Positions 8,345 through 19,000 of a stretch of DNA of 51,897 bases are shown one piece after another. The stretch's first letter is position 1. Every line of letters begins with the position of its first letter. Both the position numbers and the translations under genes were made by a program. Source of the DNA: a virus (taxonomy: Duplodnaviria > Caudoviricetes); IMG/VR virus record IMGVR_UViG_3300032893_000068, positions 1 through 51,897 of that record; one strand, given 5' to 3'. Under the pieces are notes generated by a model that did not search any database, was not told the DNA's origin, and saw only the letters and a program-made list of their open reading frames with translations.

Positions 8345-9888
8345 TATGATTGCCTCGGAAAATCAACCTTCGCATTACGCAATCGTTTCAAAGCAAGTTC
8401 TGTTGGATTGTGTGTAATGGCCTTATTCACAAAATTTGGTATTGACTGGGGATGAGCCACTGCTGTTCTTGGCAACACTACCTCACCAGGACTTAATTTA
8501 GCCTTTACTGTATCATTCATGATGTTATTCCCAGGAAGTTTGGCAATTCCAGGGACTTGTCCGCCTTTTCTAAAATCTTTCTCATGCGGCTGCTTCTCAC
8601 GCACTTTATCAGCATATTGAGCAGCCTCAGCATAATGCTCAAAACTTCCAATTGGCTGTCCATTTGGATCTTTGATTTGAAACTCACCAGGATTTTGGTC
8701 ATCAGGAGCAATTGGTAAAGGCGGCGTAGCTTTATTCTGATTGTTTTGTTTGGATGGTTTCACATGTACTTCTCCACCATCTGCCATGTTAATCTTTCCA
8801 CCATAACAATATTTTTTGGTAAAAGAATTATAGGCATCTTCCAAAGAAGGCTCATCTTCCACCATACCGCCTTCACTATAAAGACTGAGTGAATTATTGG
8901 TCTTAGGCATGTAGCCATTAGGAACAGTATTTGATGTAGCTGCATTAGCTGCTGCTCCACCAGCGGGGCCACCAAAAGCACCTCCAAGGGCCGTAGCACC
9001 AATGCCCAATGCCCCGGATGTAAGGGCTAAATTTCCTGCTTGTTCTTTATTAGCGTCTGAATTAGCTTGATTGGCCCAATTACTAAGCACACCAGCTTCT
9101 CCTTGGGCTTTCTGTAGGGCATCATTAAATAATGTTTGATTCTGTTGAGCATTGTATTCTGTCCCAGCATTCTGTGTGCTTGTATTCAGATTGGCTGTAT
9201 TTTGCTTATTTGCCAAGTTAGCTGCCTGAGCTTGATTAGCTGTCTGTGTATTAAATAGATTCGTAGCATTTGCTGTCTGAGCATTGAATTGATTGATGGC
9301 ATTCTCGGCGGCAGCTTTGTTAGCTTCTTCTCCGTAAGCTTGGTTTTCAAGTTGGGTTCCCAGTCCACCAGCTTGCTGCATAGCTTGCAATGCTCGTTGT
9401 TCCGCGTTGGCAGCAACAGATGTACCAGCTTGATTAGCCGAATTGGAAGCATTCTGTTGATTGATTAGACGATTAACTGTTTCAAGTCCAGACCCTCCAA
9501 CTCCTCTGGCTTTGGCATTCTGCATAATGGCTTGATCTTGGGCATTACGTTGTTCATTTTCTTGATTCTCAATGTCTTGAAGCTGCGCCTTATCAATCGC
9601 TGTCATTCCACCTTGATTCGCAACATCTTGCATCTGTTGCAAAGCTTGCTTAGCAGCACCAGTGTAAGAAGGATCAGTCTTTATTGCATTGAAAGCATTT
9701 GAATTGATGAGAGTGGCTTCTGCTTGTTCAGGAGTAAGCTGACCAGCATCAACATAATTTTGAAGTTGAACTTGAAGGGATGAAAGTTCTGGCGTTTTGA
9801 TTGCATCGAACGCATCATAAGCTTCCTGCCTAAGTTTGTCTGCTTTATCAGACCCCGTACTACCAAATAAACTCGAAAACATTCCCAT
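8344..9888 (-). CDS. Internal virion / DNA pilot-like ejection protein
   Basis: MGMFSSLFG start, Q/A/N-rich helices, Gly-rich TM-like segment, C-terminal GGQVPG...DTVKAKLSPGEVVLP domain. Confidence 0.7.
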   Translation of the reverse strand: MGMFSSLFGSTGSDKADKLRQEAYDAFDAIKTPELSSLQVQLQNYVDAGQLTPEQAEATLINSNAFNAIKTDPSYTGAAKQALQQMQDVANQGGMTAIDKAQLQDIENQENEQRNAQDQAIMQNAKARGVGGSGLETVNRLINQQNASNSANQAGTSVAANAEQRALQAMQQAGGLGTQLENQAYGEEANKAAAENAINQFNAQTANATNLFNTQTANQAQAANLANKQNTANLNTSTQNAGTEYNAQQNQTLFNDALQKAQGEAGVLSNWANQANSDANKEQAGNLALTSGALGIGATALGGAFGGPAGGAAANAATSNTVPNGYMPKTNNSLSLYSEGGMVEDEPSLEDAYNSFTKKYCYGGKINMADGGEVHVKPSKQNNQNKATPPLPIAPDDQNPGEFQIKDPNGQPIGSFEHYAEAAQYADKVREKQPHEKDFRKGGQVPGIAKLPGNNIMNDTVKAKLSPGEVVLPRTAVAHPQSIPNFVNKAITHNPTELALKRLRNAKVDFPRQS

Positions 9889-9902
9889 TGTATTGCCTCT
9901 AA

Positions 9903-11531
9903 TTATAGTCCTGTAGTTTTATGAAAATATTGTTTGCCCTTAGTATAAGCATTTAAGGCCGAACCTGTTGCTCCTGATCCATACGTATTAACCAAATTAA
10001 TGATTGGTTGAATATATGAATTAAATGTGTCTTTATCTAATTGACCATTTTTAAGAAGTCCTTGTAATGCTGTAACTTTTGCTGCTGCATCATACAAAGC
10101 ACCTTCGTGATATGTGCCTGCGCTAGAAAATGGCGTATTAAAAACACTTGTAAGAGTATTAATTGTGTCTGGCGTTGCATTAGCCGGAAATTGGATTGTT
10201 GCTGGCCCAACCCCTAATGAAGATTTGAAAGAATTTCCTGTAGCTGGCGTAGCTGGAAGTCCCGGTATTCCAGGAGTAGCAGGTGTTGCAGGAGTAAGTG
10301 GCGTCCCACCAAGAGCGCCTTGTTGATATTTACTCTTCAAATAATCTACTAAATTGGTAGAATTAATTCCTGTTAAAGCATTCGGAGCCGTACCAGCCTG
10401 AGACGCATTCGCTGGATTTAAAATCCCGGTATAATCTACCCCAGTAAGCGCTTGATAAGCCGCTGCATTTGCATAATCTTCTGGTGTTACGGCATTGGCT
10501 GTAGTTATGGCTGTGTTAGGATTAAAGCTATAAAATTGCGAAAGATCTGTAGGTTTACCAGACTGAGTATTTAATGCAGTAAGGTATTGTTGAATTGTTT
10601 GAGCATCCACATTAGGATTAATCTGTTTTAAATCAGCAATAACTTTATTTGGATCACCGGAAGCAAAATCAGTTTGTAATTGTTTAGCAGCAGTTGCAGC
10701 AGGAGTTTGAGCAGCAGTAACTTCTGAGTTAATTTTGTTTTGAAAATTAGAAACATTGTTTGTAAAAGCATTCTGTGTATTTGCTTGAGTTGCTGCTGTG
10801 TTTGTTGCGGCATTGGTAGCTGCTGTATCAACATTTCCTGCTGCATTCGTCAAATAGTCCTGAATTGATTGAAATTGTTTTTGTTGATTCTGTAGGGTTG
10901 GGAAAGCGCTGGATGATTGCAGTAATGCTGTGTCAAGTCCTTTATTTCCCTGCCCATAAACATTGAATTGATCTTGTAAAAGTTGTTGTTGTCCCCCGGT
11001 TGTGCCAAGTTCTTGCGCCCTAGTATTGGCCTCATTAGCCGCAGCCGAAGCAGTATTATATTGATCTGATGTCTCAAATGAACTGGGGCCACTATAAGAA
11101 GCATTCCATTGTTTTTGGAATGCCGAAAGTTTATCAGGATTGTTGGCTACAGAAGTGGGAGTATTGACAGCCTCATTGACTAATCCTTGATCGAAATTAA
11201 CTGTTCCAGCTTTAATTGCATTCTGTGCATTCTTCGCTGATGTATCAATGGCACCTGTCTCTTGCCCATAAGTATTAGCCAAAGAACCAGAAACCTTCTG
11301 TCCCAAATCCTCAGCTTGTGTTTTGTTGGCACCAAGATAATCCTGAATTGTCGCAAATTGCTGTGTCGGCGGCGTAGGGGTAGACGGAGAGACAGTCGAA
11401 GGATTACCTTGCGATGTATTAGAACTAGATGGAGATGAAGTAGTAGTTCCTCCACCAGCGCCAATATTGGCATTGGTATTATTTTGTGCTCTACCGTATG
11501 GGTCTTGTTGATCTTCTTGATCTATCCACAT
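9903..11531 (-). CDS. Internal virion protein
   Basis: 542 aa, A/T/Q/N-rich. First gene of the ejection-protein block. Confidence 0.65.
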   Translation of the reverse strand: MWIDQEDQQDPYGRAQNNTNANIGAGGGTTTSSPSSSNTSQGNPSTVSPSTPTPPTQQFATIQDYLGANKTQAEDLGQKVSGSLANTYGQETGAIDTSAKNAQNAIKAGTVNFDQGLVNEAVNTPTSVANNPDKLSAFQKQWNASYSGPSSFETSDQYNTASAAANEANTRAQELGTTGGQQQLLQDQFNVYGQGNKGLDTALLQSSSAFPTLQNQQKQFQSIQDYLTNAAGNVDTAATNAATNTAATQANTQNAFTNNVSNFQNKINSEVTAAQTPAATAAKQLQTDFASGDPNKVIADLKQINPNVDAQTIQQYLTALNTQSGKPTDLSQFYSFNPNTAITTANAVTPEDYANAAAYQALTGVDYTGILNPANASQAGTAPNALTGINSTNLVDYLKSKYQQGALGGTPLTPATPATPGIPGLPATPATGNSFKSSLGVGPATIQFPANATPDTINTLTSVFNTPFSSAGTYHEGALYDAAAKVTALQGLLKNGQLDKDTFNSYIQPIINLVNTYGSGATGSALNAYTKGKQYFHKTTGL

Positions 11532-11924
11532 TTATTTTACCACGAATGTTAAAGTGTAAATCTTACCTGTTGTCAAACCCTTGATTCCATTTACTACAAT
11601 ATTTGTTCCAATATAATTCCAACTTACTTGAGGATATACCACTTCATAAGTTCCATCCTGTCTAGTTACATGAAGGGTAAGTTCTATTGGCTGTCTTGTC
11701 ATTCCCCAAGGAAAACTCACTGTATTTAATGTATCATCTGTTACCGCTTGTAAGGGAAGTTGTTTCACTACGCAGGAAATATTATCCTGAAGTGTCAATT
11801 GATTCGTCAATGCTGTTGTTACCTGGGTAATAAACAACTGCAAAGGATACAAAAGTTTACTTAACCAATTAGGAGCATCGGGAAAATCACTTCTATCTAA
11901 TTGTGGCGGCGTTGTGAGTTTCAT
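11532..11924 (-). CDS. Tail-associated protein
   Basis: 130 aa, coupled to the nozzle gene. Confidence 0.6.
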   Translation of the reverse strand: MKLTTPPQLDRSDFPDAPNWLSKLLYPLQLFITQVTTALTNQLTLQDNISCVVKQLPLQAVTDDTLNTVSFPWGMTRQPIELTLHVTRQDGTYEVVYPQVSWNYIGTNIVVNGIKGLTTGKIYTLTFVVK

Positions 11925-14428
11925 TAATGGAACCGTTGAGACATCTTTGAATAATATAAAGCAAAACCATCCAAAGCAAAATTACTCAAAGCATCTGAAT
12001 AATTAACTGAAATATTTAACCAATGACCTCTACGTTGACTTATTGGCACCAATCCACGAATAACTTGAAAAGGTGGTACTCCACTTCCCCACGGGCTAGT
12101 TCCCCAAGTTCCTTGTCCCCAACCATCCGAAAATTTTGGCACTAGAGTAGAAAAAGACACAGAAGGATAAAAATCAGTAGAAAATCCAAGGTCAAAAGAA
12201 TCGAAATCAGCCGTTGAAAAAATCGCATGACATTCCTTAAAGTGCTTTACAATTCCTGGATTTCCAAATGCTTCAGGAGTGAAAATTAAGGACACTAAAA
12301 TTGGTCGATAGATTGTTGCATCTCCCGTATCCCAAACCAAAGACATATCAAGAGTAATATGTGTTGCATCAGGAATTGCTGTAATAATTGCAAGATTACC
12401 TGTACTAGCCTGATATACTGTATATCCTAATACTGCACTACTGCTATCTATAACTGCAATCGTATTATCAGAATATCCTGTAATTGTTATCGGAAATTCA
12501 TTATCAGCATAATCAAATGACGTATAATTCTTTCGTTCTTGATAAAGATAGAGTGACCCATTATCTGAAGAACCAAGATATAATTTTCCATCAGTTGGAT
12601 TGATAAATCCACATCCCATTGTATAAGGATACTGATAAGTTGTCCAAGTATCTGTGAGATAGTTATAGACATAAAACTGAGTTACCGTTGTATCAAAAGT
12701 TGATGTTACCGTACCAAACAAGTATTGATTTTCAGATTCGTAGGTAATACCAAAACTAGCACTATCAAAAGCTGGATAAAGCGGTGATGAAAGCTGTAGC
12801 AAATCCTGTTTGATTGGCAAAGCTTTCAAAACAGCCCCTTCATTATAAGTCATTGAAATGATAGTCTGATTTGTGAAGCAGTAAACCTTGTTATTAAGCG
12901 ACACTGCACTCTCAATTCCACGAAGGATAATCGTACTATCTACCAATTGAACCTGGAAACTACTTGTATCTGTACCCGAAATTTGATAAACTCCATCTTG
13001 TTTGAAGATTAAGATGTAGTCGCGTAATGCAATAATGCGTAAAATTGTTTTGTCAGCACTTCCTGCAAAGAGTTCTTGGCCTAATGGAGTGGCTTCCGGT
13101 TGCTGAAACTTGGAGATACGAATTCCATTGGGATGATTCTCATTGGCTGATGTTGCAGTAGTTGTACCAATATCAGGAACAAACGCTCCTGCACGACTCG
13201 ATGCAGTATTAAAAGTCCCTGTTGAAAAATCTCTAGTCTGAAGTTGAATGCGCCCAGGAAGATCCGAGTAACCCGACACATAGTATGCGTAGATTGTTGT
13301 ATTCGAGGCATACCGATTTATCACTCTCACCAAGCTATTTGCTGTGTTTGTGATGTTCTGTGACGGGGTTCCACCTGTAAAAATCTGAAATTGTCCACTG
13401 GCAATCACTTCACTGGCTGCACCTGTGTATACAACACCGTTGATGGTGACTGTATCGCCATTCTGAAGTCCTGGCGCCCCAACACTAACCAAAGTGAGAA
13501 GTTGCTGATCTAACGATGTGTTGTTCGCATAGAAGGCATAGCCTTTGAAATAAGTGATGTCTGTCGCAATGGGCGGCTGATAATTGGCTTGTGAAATTCC
13601 TTCTTGGCTAGACGCTGTATAAATTGCTGCTCCACGAAGACTATCATTCACTGTATCAGTGAAAGTGATGGTTCCTGCTGCCAATTGTCCTGCTGTTGGA
13701 TTTCCACTGAACACCAAATCACATTCATCGTTCGGTTCAGTATTCAAATCAACAGACATCGGGCTTCTGTACACTTCATAGTTCCAAGAACTTGTAAGTC
13801 CTGCTGGAAGTGTGAAAGTAAGAGACACATTTGTTGCCCCACCTGAACTGTTGCTAACGACGATACGCTGCGAAGGCGCACCTTGAATCAAATTACTGTT
13901 GGCATCCGTGTAACTAAACACAATGCGATAGGCCACCTGAGTATTGTTGGTGAACCAACCAGAACCAGTTGTTGTTCCACTGCCGTCAAGTCCTGCTGGT
14001 GCTCCTGCAAAAGTAATGCTGTTGGCGTAATTATCAAGTTTCTTGATGCCAGTATCAGTAGAAAAATAGATGTTTTTATTCGACTGAATTGAATGAATCC
14101 TCAATGCAGTTGATGGAGGATTGTAAGTACCTGTATAATCAGTGCGTGTGCTAAAATCACTAGAATAATAGGCTAATGTAGTTCCACTATGCGAAATCAC
14201 ATGGTTCTGAAAGCTGAAAAGACTTAGAACACTTGAACTGAAAACCGGCCCAACTGGAACTTGTCCTCTACGTTGTTCAAGAACGCTAGGTCTGGAAATC
14301 CGAACATTAATAGCTTCAGTTAAAGATCCAGGAGGAGACTCTGAAAAAGTATTAGGATATGTCCAAATTCCCGCTGGTTTAAGTCTAAGTTCTTCCAGTT
14401 CTTGTAATGGACTTTGTTGCGAAGCCAT
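11924..14428 (-). CDS. Tail tubular protein B / nozzle (P22 gp10 or T7 gp12-like)
   Basis: 834 aa with beta-propeller-like composition (LIFKQDGVYQI, YVYNYLTDTWT) and a WGxGxWGxSPWG motif. Follows the adaptor gene. Confidence 0.75.
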   Translation of the reverse strand: MASQQSPLQELEELRLKPAGIWTYPNTFSESPPGSLTEAINVRISRPSVLEQRRGQVPVGPVFSSSVLSLFSFQNHVISHSGTTLAYYSSDFSTRTDYTGTYNPPSTALRIHSIQSNKNIYFSTDTGIKKLDNYANSITFAGAPAGLDGSGTTTGSGWFTNNTQVAYRIVFSYTDANSNLIQGAPSQRIVVSNSSGGATNVSLTFTLPAGLTSSWNYEVYRSPMSVDLNTEPNDECDLVFSGNPTAGQLAAGTITFTDTVNDSLRGAAIYTASSQEGISQANYQPPIATDITYFKGYAFYANNTSLDQQLLTLVSVGAPGLQNGDTVTINGVVYTGAASEVIASGQFQIFTGGTPSQNITNTANSLVRVINRYASNTTIYAYYVSGYSDLPGRIQLQTRDFSTGTFNTASSRAGAFVPDIGTTTATSANENHPNGIRISKFQQPEATPLGQELFAGSADKTILRIIALRDYILIFKQDGVYQISGTDTSSFQVQLVDSTIILRGIESAVSLNNKVYCFTNQTIISMTYNEGAVLKALPIKQDLLQLSSPLYPAFDSASFGITYESENQYLFGTVTSTFDTTVTQFYVYNYLTDTWTTYQYPYTMGCGFINPTDGKLYLGSSDNGSLYLYQERKNYTSFDYADNEFPITITGYSDNTIAVIDSSSAVLGYTVYQASTGNLAIITAIPDATHITLDMSLVWDTGDATIYRPILVSLIFTPEAFGNPGIVKHFKECHAIFSTADFDSFDLGFSTDFYPSVSFSTLVPKFSDGWGQGTWGTSPWGSGVPPFQVIRGLVPISQRRGHWLNISVNYSDALSNFALDGFALYYSKMSQRFH

Positions 14429-14431
14429 TAT

Positions 14432-15340
14432 TTACCACCATCCCCATAATCTATTTCTTAGTGGGAATTTCGCAGGAGTACCATCCACTCTTGGTGTTAG
14501 TACTTGAATCAAACTTTTCTTACAATCTTCTGCTTGCATTTGAAACACTTGAAATGCTGGATCACCTGTATATTGGAGAATACGAGCAGCCGTGAGAGCT
14601 TCCAAGAGTCGTTGTGCTTCTACTGGAATTTGTGGAATAGGAGAAGTATTTGCTTCACTCACCCAATCGCCGATGGTAAGAGCAGAAGGTACAGAAGTAA
14701 AAGTAAGGATAAAGCCATTGATAGCTGTAATAGTTTGGTCATCGCCATGACTCGAAAAAGGAGATTGTGAAGCAATGCAGTCAAAAGTTGTTGATGTAGT
14801 CCATGTTGTCGGAACAAACGTCAGTGTCACTTCACCTGTAGTTCGATTGATTGCAACTACTTGTCCGGCATCACTTGTTGAGCAAAGAGTATTGGGTCTA
14901 CGAAAATAATTCATCCGAACAAATTGATAATTTGCAGCACCAAGAAGATTTCCAAGTACCAAAACAATATGATTATCCATTGGATAGAAACCAAATTGAT
15001 ATGGAGCATAAGCCCAAGAAGATTTCATATCTTCCGGTTGAATGTAATTTAGAAGTACTTCATTGCCTTGATTGTCAACAAGCATGACATCACGAAGTTT
15101 AGATCCACTTGCTCGTTGAGGAATTTCATACGTCAAAGTTCCCTGAACAAAAGGATTGTCCTTCATTGTCACCCAATATTCTTGCTTCACACTCTCAATG
15201 AATGGAATGATTGTAGATTGCAATTCTTCCGAAGCAATACGAATCATATCATCATCTGAAACAAGACTCTGATTTGAGGCATTCATACTGCGAGTCTTGA
15301 CAGATGTGAGCAAAGCATCTGTGCTATAATCTACGGCCAT
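14432..15340 (-). CDS. Tail tubular protein A / head-tail adaptor
   Basis: Size and position, helical N-terminus, GTLTYEIP motif. Confidence 0.65.
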   Translation of the reverse strand: MAVDYSTDALLTSVKTRSMNASNQSLVSDDDMIRIASEELQSTIIPFIESVKQEYWVTMKDNPFVQGTLTYEIPQRASGSKLRDVMLVDNQGNEVLLNYIQPEDMKSSWAYAPYQFGFYPMDNHIVLVLGNLLGAANYQFVRMNYFRRPNTLCSTSDAGQVVAINRTTGEVTLTFVPTTWTTSTTFDCIASQSPFSSHGDDQTITAINGFILTFTSVPSALTIGDWVSEANTSPIPQIPVEAQRLLEALTAARILQYTGDPAFQVFQMQAEDCKKSLIQVLTPRVDGTPAKFPLRNRLWGWW

Positions 15341-15353
15341 TGTGTTCTCCTAA

Positions 15354-15375
15354 TTAGCAGTTTGCGAATTGCTAA
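15354..15375 (-). promoter_or_regulatory. Hairpin directly upstream of the adaptor-gene RBS
   Basis: Minus strand TTAGCAATT-CGCA-AACTGCTAA followed by TTAGGAG. Confidence 0.45.
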
Positions 15376-15387
15376 TACTGGGGTAAA

Positions 15388-15909
15388 TTATTTGTGATGC
15401 CAGTGTTTTGCGTTTTCTGCGAATTGAGCACGCTTGCGAAGGGTTTCATCCTCAGAATGAGTAGCCTTTTCAAGCTTTCCAGAAGGAATTGGCTTGCTTT
15501 CAGGAACATGAAGATCATGATGAAGCGCACCTTTCTTAAGTCCTTCCAAAAAATGAGGAGTTTTCACCTCTCCACCTTCGGCCATTCCCTGCTCTTGTTT
15601 CTTTTGGGAAACAATCGCCGCAATAGACGGATCAATATGTTCTTCTTTATCTTCAGGCAGATTACCTTCATCATCAGCAGAACTTGCTTTATCCATCAAT
15701 TCCGGTAGATTATCTTGACCATCTTCCTCATCATGTTCCGTTGGTTCTGGTTCATTATGAGCTTCCACCATAATTTCAGCATGTTTTGGTTTCATGTGAT
15801 CTGGTAAGTAGCCATCCGCATCCATCTGATCCATTTCATCAGCTATTTTGCGGAGAACTTGACTTATCATATCAGCATCTTGTTTTTCATCATCGTGCAT
15901 TGGTTGCAT
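15388..15909 (-). CDS. Acidic/His-rich virion-associated protein
   Basis: Likely start MQPMHDD after GGAG. C-terminal KKGALHHDLHVPESKPIP...RKRAQFAEN motif common in phage late proteins. Confidence 0.7.
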   Translation of the reverse strand: MQPMHDDEKQDADMISQVLRKIADEMDQMDADGYLPDHMKPKHAEIMVEAHNEPEPTEHDEEDGQDNLPELMDKASSADDEGNLPEDKEEHIDPSIAAIVSQKKQEQGMAEGGEVKTPHFLEGLKKGALHHDLHVPESKPIPSGKLEKATHSEDETLRKRAQFAENAKHWHHK

Positions 15910-15925
15910 TGTATTCTCCATTAAA

Positions 15926-16084
15926 TTAAAGTTGTGATTGCAAAGCTGCAAGTGCAGTTAAATAATCTGATTCTGATAAAATGGTTCCTGTAAGTCCTTG
16001 AGCAATAAGCATTGCTAAAATATCTTCTTCAGACATTCCGTCAAATTTACAAAGTGCGCCATCTGATCGAATAAGATAAACCAT
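15926..16084 (-). CDS. Small protein after the tail spike, possible fibre chaperone (52 aa)
   Basis: AAGGG RBS; MVYLIRSDGALCKFDGMSEEDILAML... Confidence 0.6.
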   Translation of the reverse strand: MVYLIRSDGALCKFDGMSEEDILAMLIAQGLTGTILSESDYLTALAALQSQL

Positions 16085-16093
16085 AGTATTCCC

Positions 16094-19000
16094 TTATCGA
16101 ATTCTAACTGCTGAAATTCGACCGTAAAATTGTGGTTGAGTTCCACTACTAAAAGTAGTACTGACTTTTAAATAATGGGTTGTCGTTCCTGACAAAGAAA
16201 CTCTATATCCTGGAATTGCTGCTGAAGTTTGTGTACTACCAGTAATTTGAAAATATCCAGTTAAAGAAATTTCATTATCTCCCAAACTAAGTCCAGTTCC
16301 ACTATCTCCTGAGGTAGTACTAACTCCCATAGCATAATTAGAAACTGTTGTATTGGTATTGTCTAAAAAATTTCCAATTACTGAAATTAACCAGTCACCC
16401 GCTGTAAGACTAATTGATGTAGCATCAGCCCAAGTAACACTATTACTAAGTGAAACAGCAGATACAGCAGATGAAACAGTTTGTCCAACATTTCCAGCAG
16501 CAGCATTATCATTTGTTGTTGTACCAACAATTCCTTGAGTGGATGTTGAAGTAAATGCAATATTTCCTGAGAATGTACTAGCACCAGCAGAAGAAATACT
16601 TTGTCTAGCTCCCCAAGATGATCCATTAAATGTCCAAAATTCTAATCCTGTTCCAGCCGATTGGGTAGCAGCTGCCACAATTCCACTTGTACCAGCATTA
16701 TTATACCCAAGAATTATACCTGGTTTATCAGAAATTTGAGAAGAAGTTGATTTGCCCCGAATAACTGACATAAATGCGCCGCCAGTTATATTTGTACCAG
16801 CTTCTACATCTAAACTTAATTGGGGAGTTAAACGAATACCAACTTGATGATTCGTACTATCTACATATAAATCATTCGTATTAACTGCTAGTGTATTTCC
16901 AGATGATCCAGATACTGCCAAATTCGGAGTAGTTGCTGTTCCAGTAAATGTTGGACTTGCTATAGGAGCTTTAGCATTCAGTTGTGTTTGTATAGCTGAA
17001 GTTACGCCAGAAACGTACCCAATTTCTGTGGCTGTAGTTGTAGCAGCAATAGGAAGGCCATTTGAATCTGAAACAAGTGCGCGACTTCCTGTAATAAGAG
17101 TAAGTCCAGAAACAGTTGTTCCATTAGCAGCATAATAAGTAAGTTGATATTGAGTACCTGAGGATACTGTACCACTTCCACCACCAACTGAAAGAGGAGT
17201 CCAAACACTACTTGCTCGCAAAAATAATTCAGCTAAATCTGTATCGTAAACAACTAATCCATCAGTAGGACTTGAAATAGCATTGCGTTGCATAGTAGTC
17301 ATACGCGGTGGCAAGAAACCTTTAGTCGTTGAAGTCAAACTTAAAATTGAAGATGAATCAAGAGTAGAACCAAGAGCAAGTGTTCCAAATTGAACATTGG
17401 CTGAAGTATCAATATTTTGCGGAGTACCAAAAGTGACTGTTCCAGCACCATGAGTAATAGTTACTTGATTAGTTGTTGGAGTAAGAGTTTTATACTCATT
17501 TGCCGTAGCGCCAGCATTTGCACCAATAATCTGATTGGCTATTCCAGGAGCTATTTTTGTAATAGCAATAGCAGCCGAAGCTGAAATATCAGCATTTACA
17601 ATCTGACCCCAACCTGAAAGAATAAAATTAGATGTTCCACCAGCATCAGGTACAGTATATATACGACTGGCTGCTGGGGCGCTTACTGAGATTGTAGTAG
17701 TATTTGTAGTACCAAGAACTAATTGATTGGATGTTGCACTTATAAGTAATGCAGTTGATAAATATAAATTTTTCCAATGATTAGTTCCAGCTATACCAAG
17801 ATTATATGTATTAGTTGAAGCGGGATAGAAACCATTGCTACTTTCAGTAATCCAAACTGCTGCGCCATTTGATGTATAGCCCAGCATATTAGTTCCAGCT
17901 TTATAAAATCCGGTATTTACAGCATTAGATAATTTTAATGATGGAGAACTCGATGATCCATCAGCAAATGCTAAAGGTGTTTCAATAGTAAAAATACTGA
18001 CAGGAGATGTACTATCTAAGGTAACAGTGCCACCTGGAAAATTATTTCCATAAAGTGTATTTTTATTGGTTTGTCCAGCAGTACCTTCACTGTAATAAAG
18101 AGTTGTAGAACTTACAGTACCAGTATTTCCAGCAATGACACAACCAGTAGTTCCGATAGCTGTATTTGGGCCACCAAGAAGTGCAATAGCAGCAGCCCCA
18201 GATAAAGTTGTATCCCAACTTGGAATACTATTATTAGCAATGACAATCCCAGGAGCATCTTGAGCAACAATAGCATTATCAATACAACCATCAATTATAT
18301 TATTGACAATTTGACAGCCAGTTGCTACTCGTGTATCGCCACTTACTTGATTTGCAGCAGAAACAAAAATTGCAGATGATCCACCGTTGGAAATATAATT
18401 TCCTTGAATTAATACATTGCTTGGAGCACCTAATAGTCCAGGAGCAAGATAACCGTAAATATGAATAGACCCATTCTCAATATAGTTATTGATAATTCGA
18501 GATTTTACCATCCCAAAATCAGACCAAATTTGACCATTATGGGATGAAGCTCCTGTAGATTTATTCCCAATCCATAGAGCATCAGTTACATGAACATTGT
18601 CAATTGCAGTTCCATTTGGAGATTTGATCCAGTTAAAAGCAAAAGTTGAATGAGATGTATTTCCTCCACCAATAGAATCTTGATTACCATGTTTTCCACA
18701 ATCCTCAATTACACAGAAAGCAACTGTAGGATTAAGCAATCCATAAGTTCCATCATCTGCTGCCATGTGGAATCCATATCCCTGAGAACTAAGAACATGA
18801 ACACGAGTAGCTAAGAAATCGGTCATGTTAAATACGCCATATCCTTGACCAGTTCCATCCCCAGTAGCATTTGGCATACCAGAACAATCAAGTTTTATAT
18901 CAACAATAGCTGCGCCCATTCCAGGAGAAACAGTAGTGTAAAGTGTTCCATTAGCTTGGGCGCTGTAAACAAGAGCAGTATCAACTGGAAAAGATCCAGA

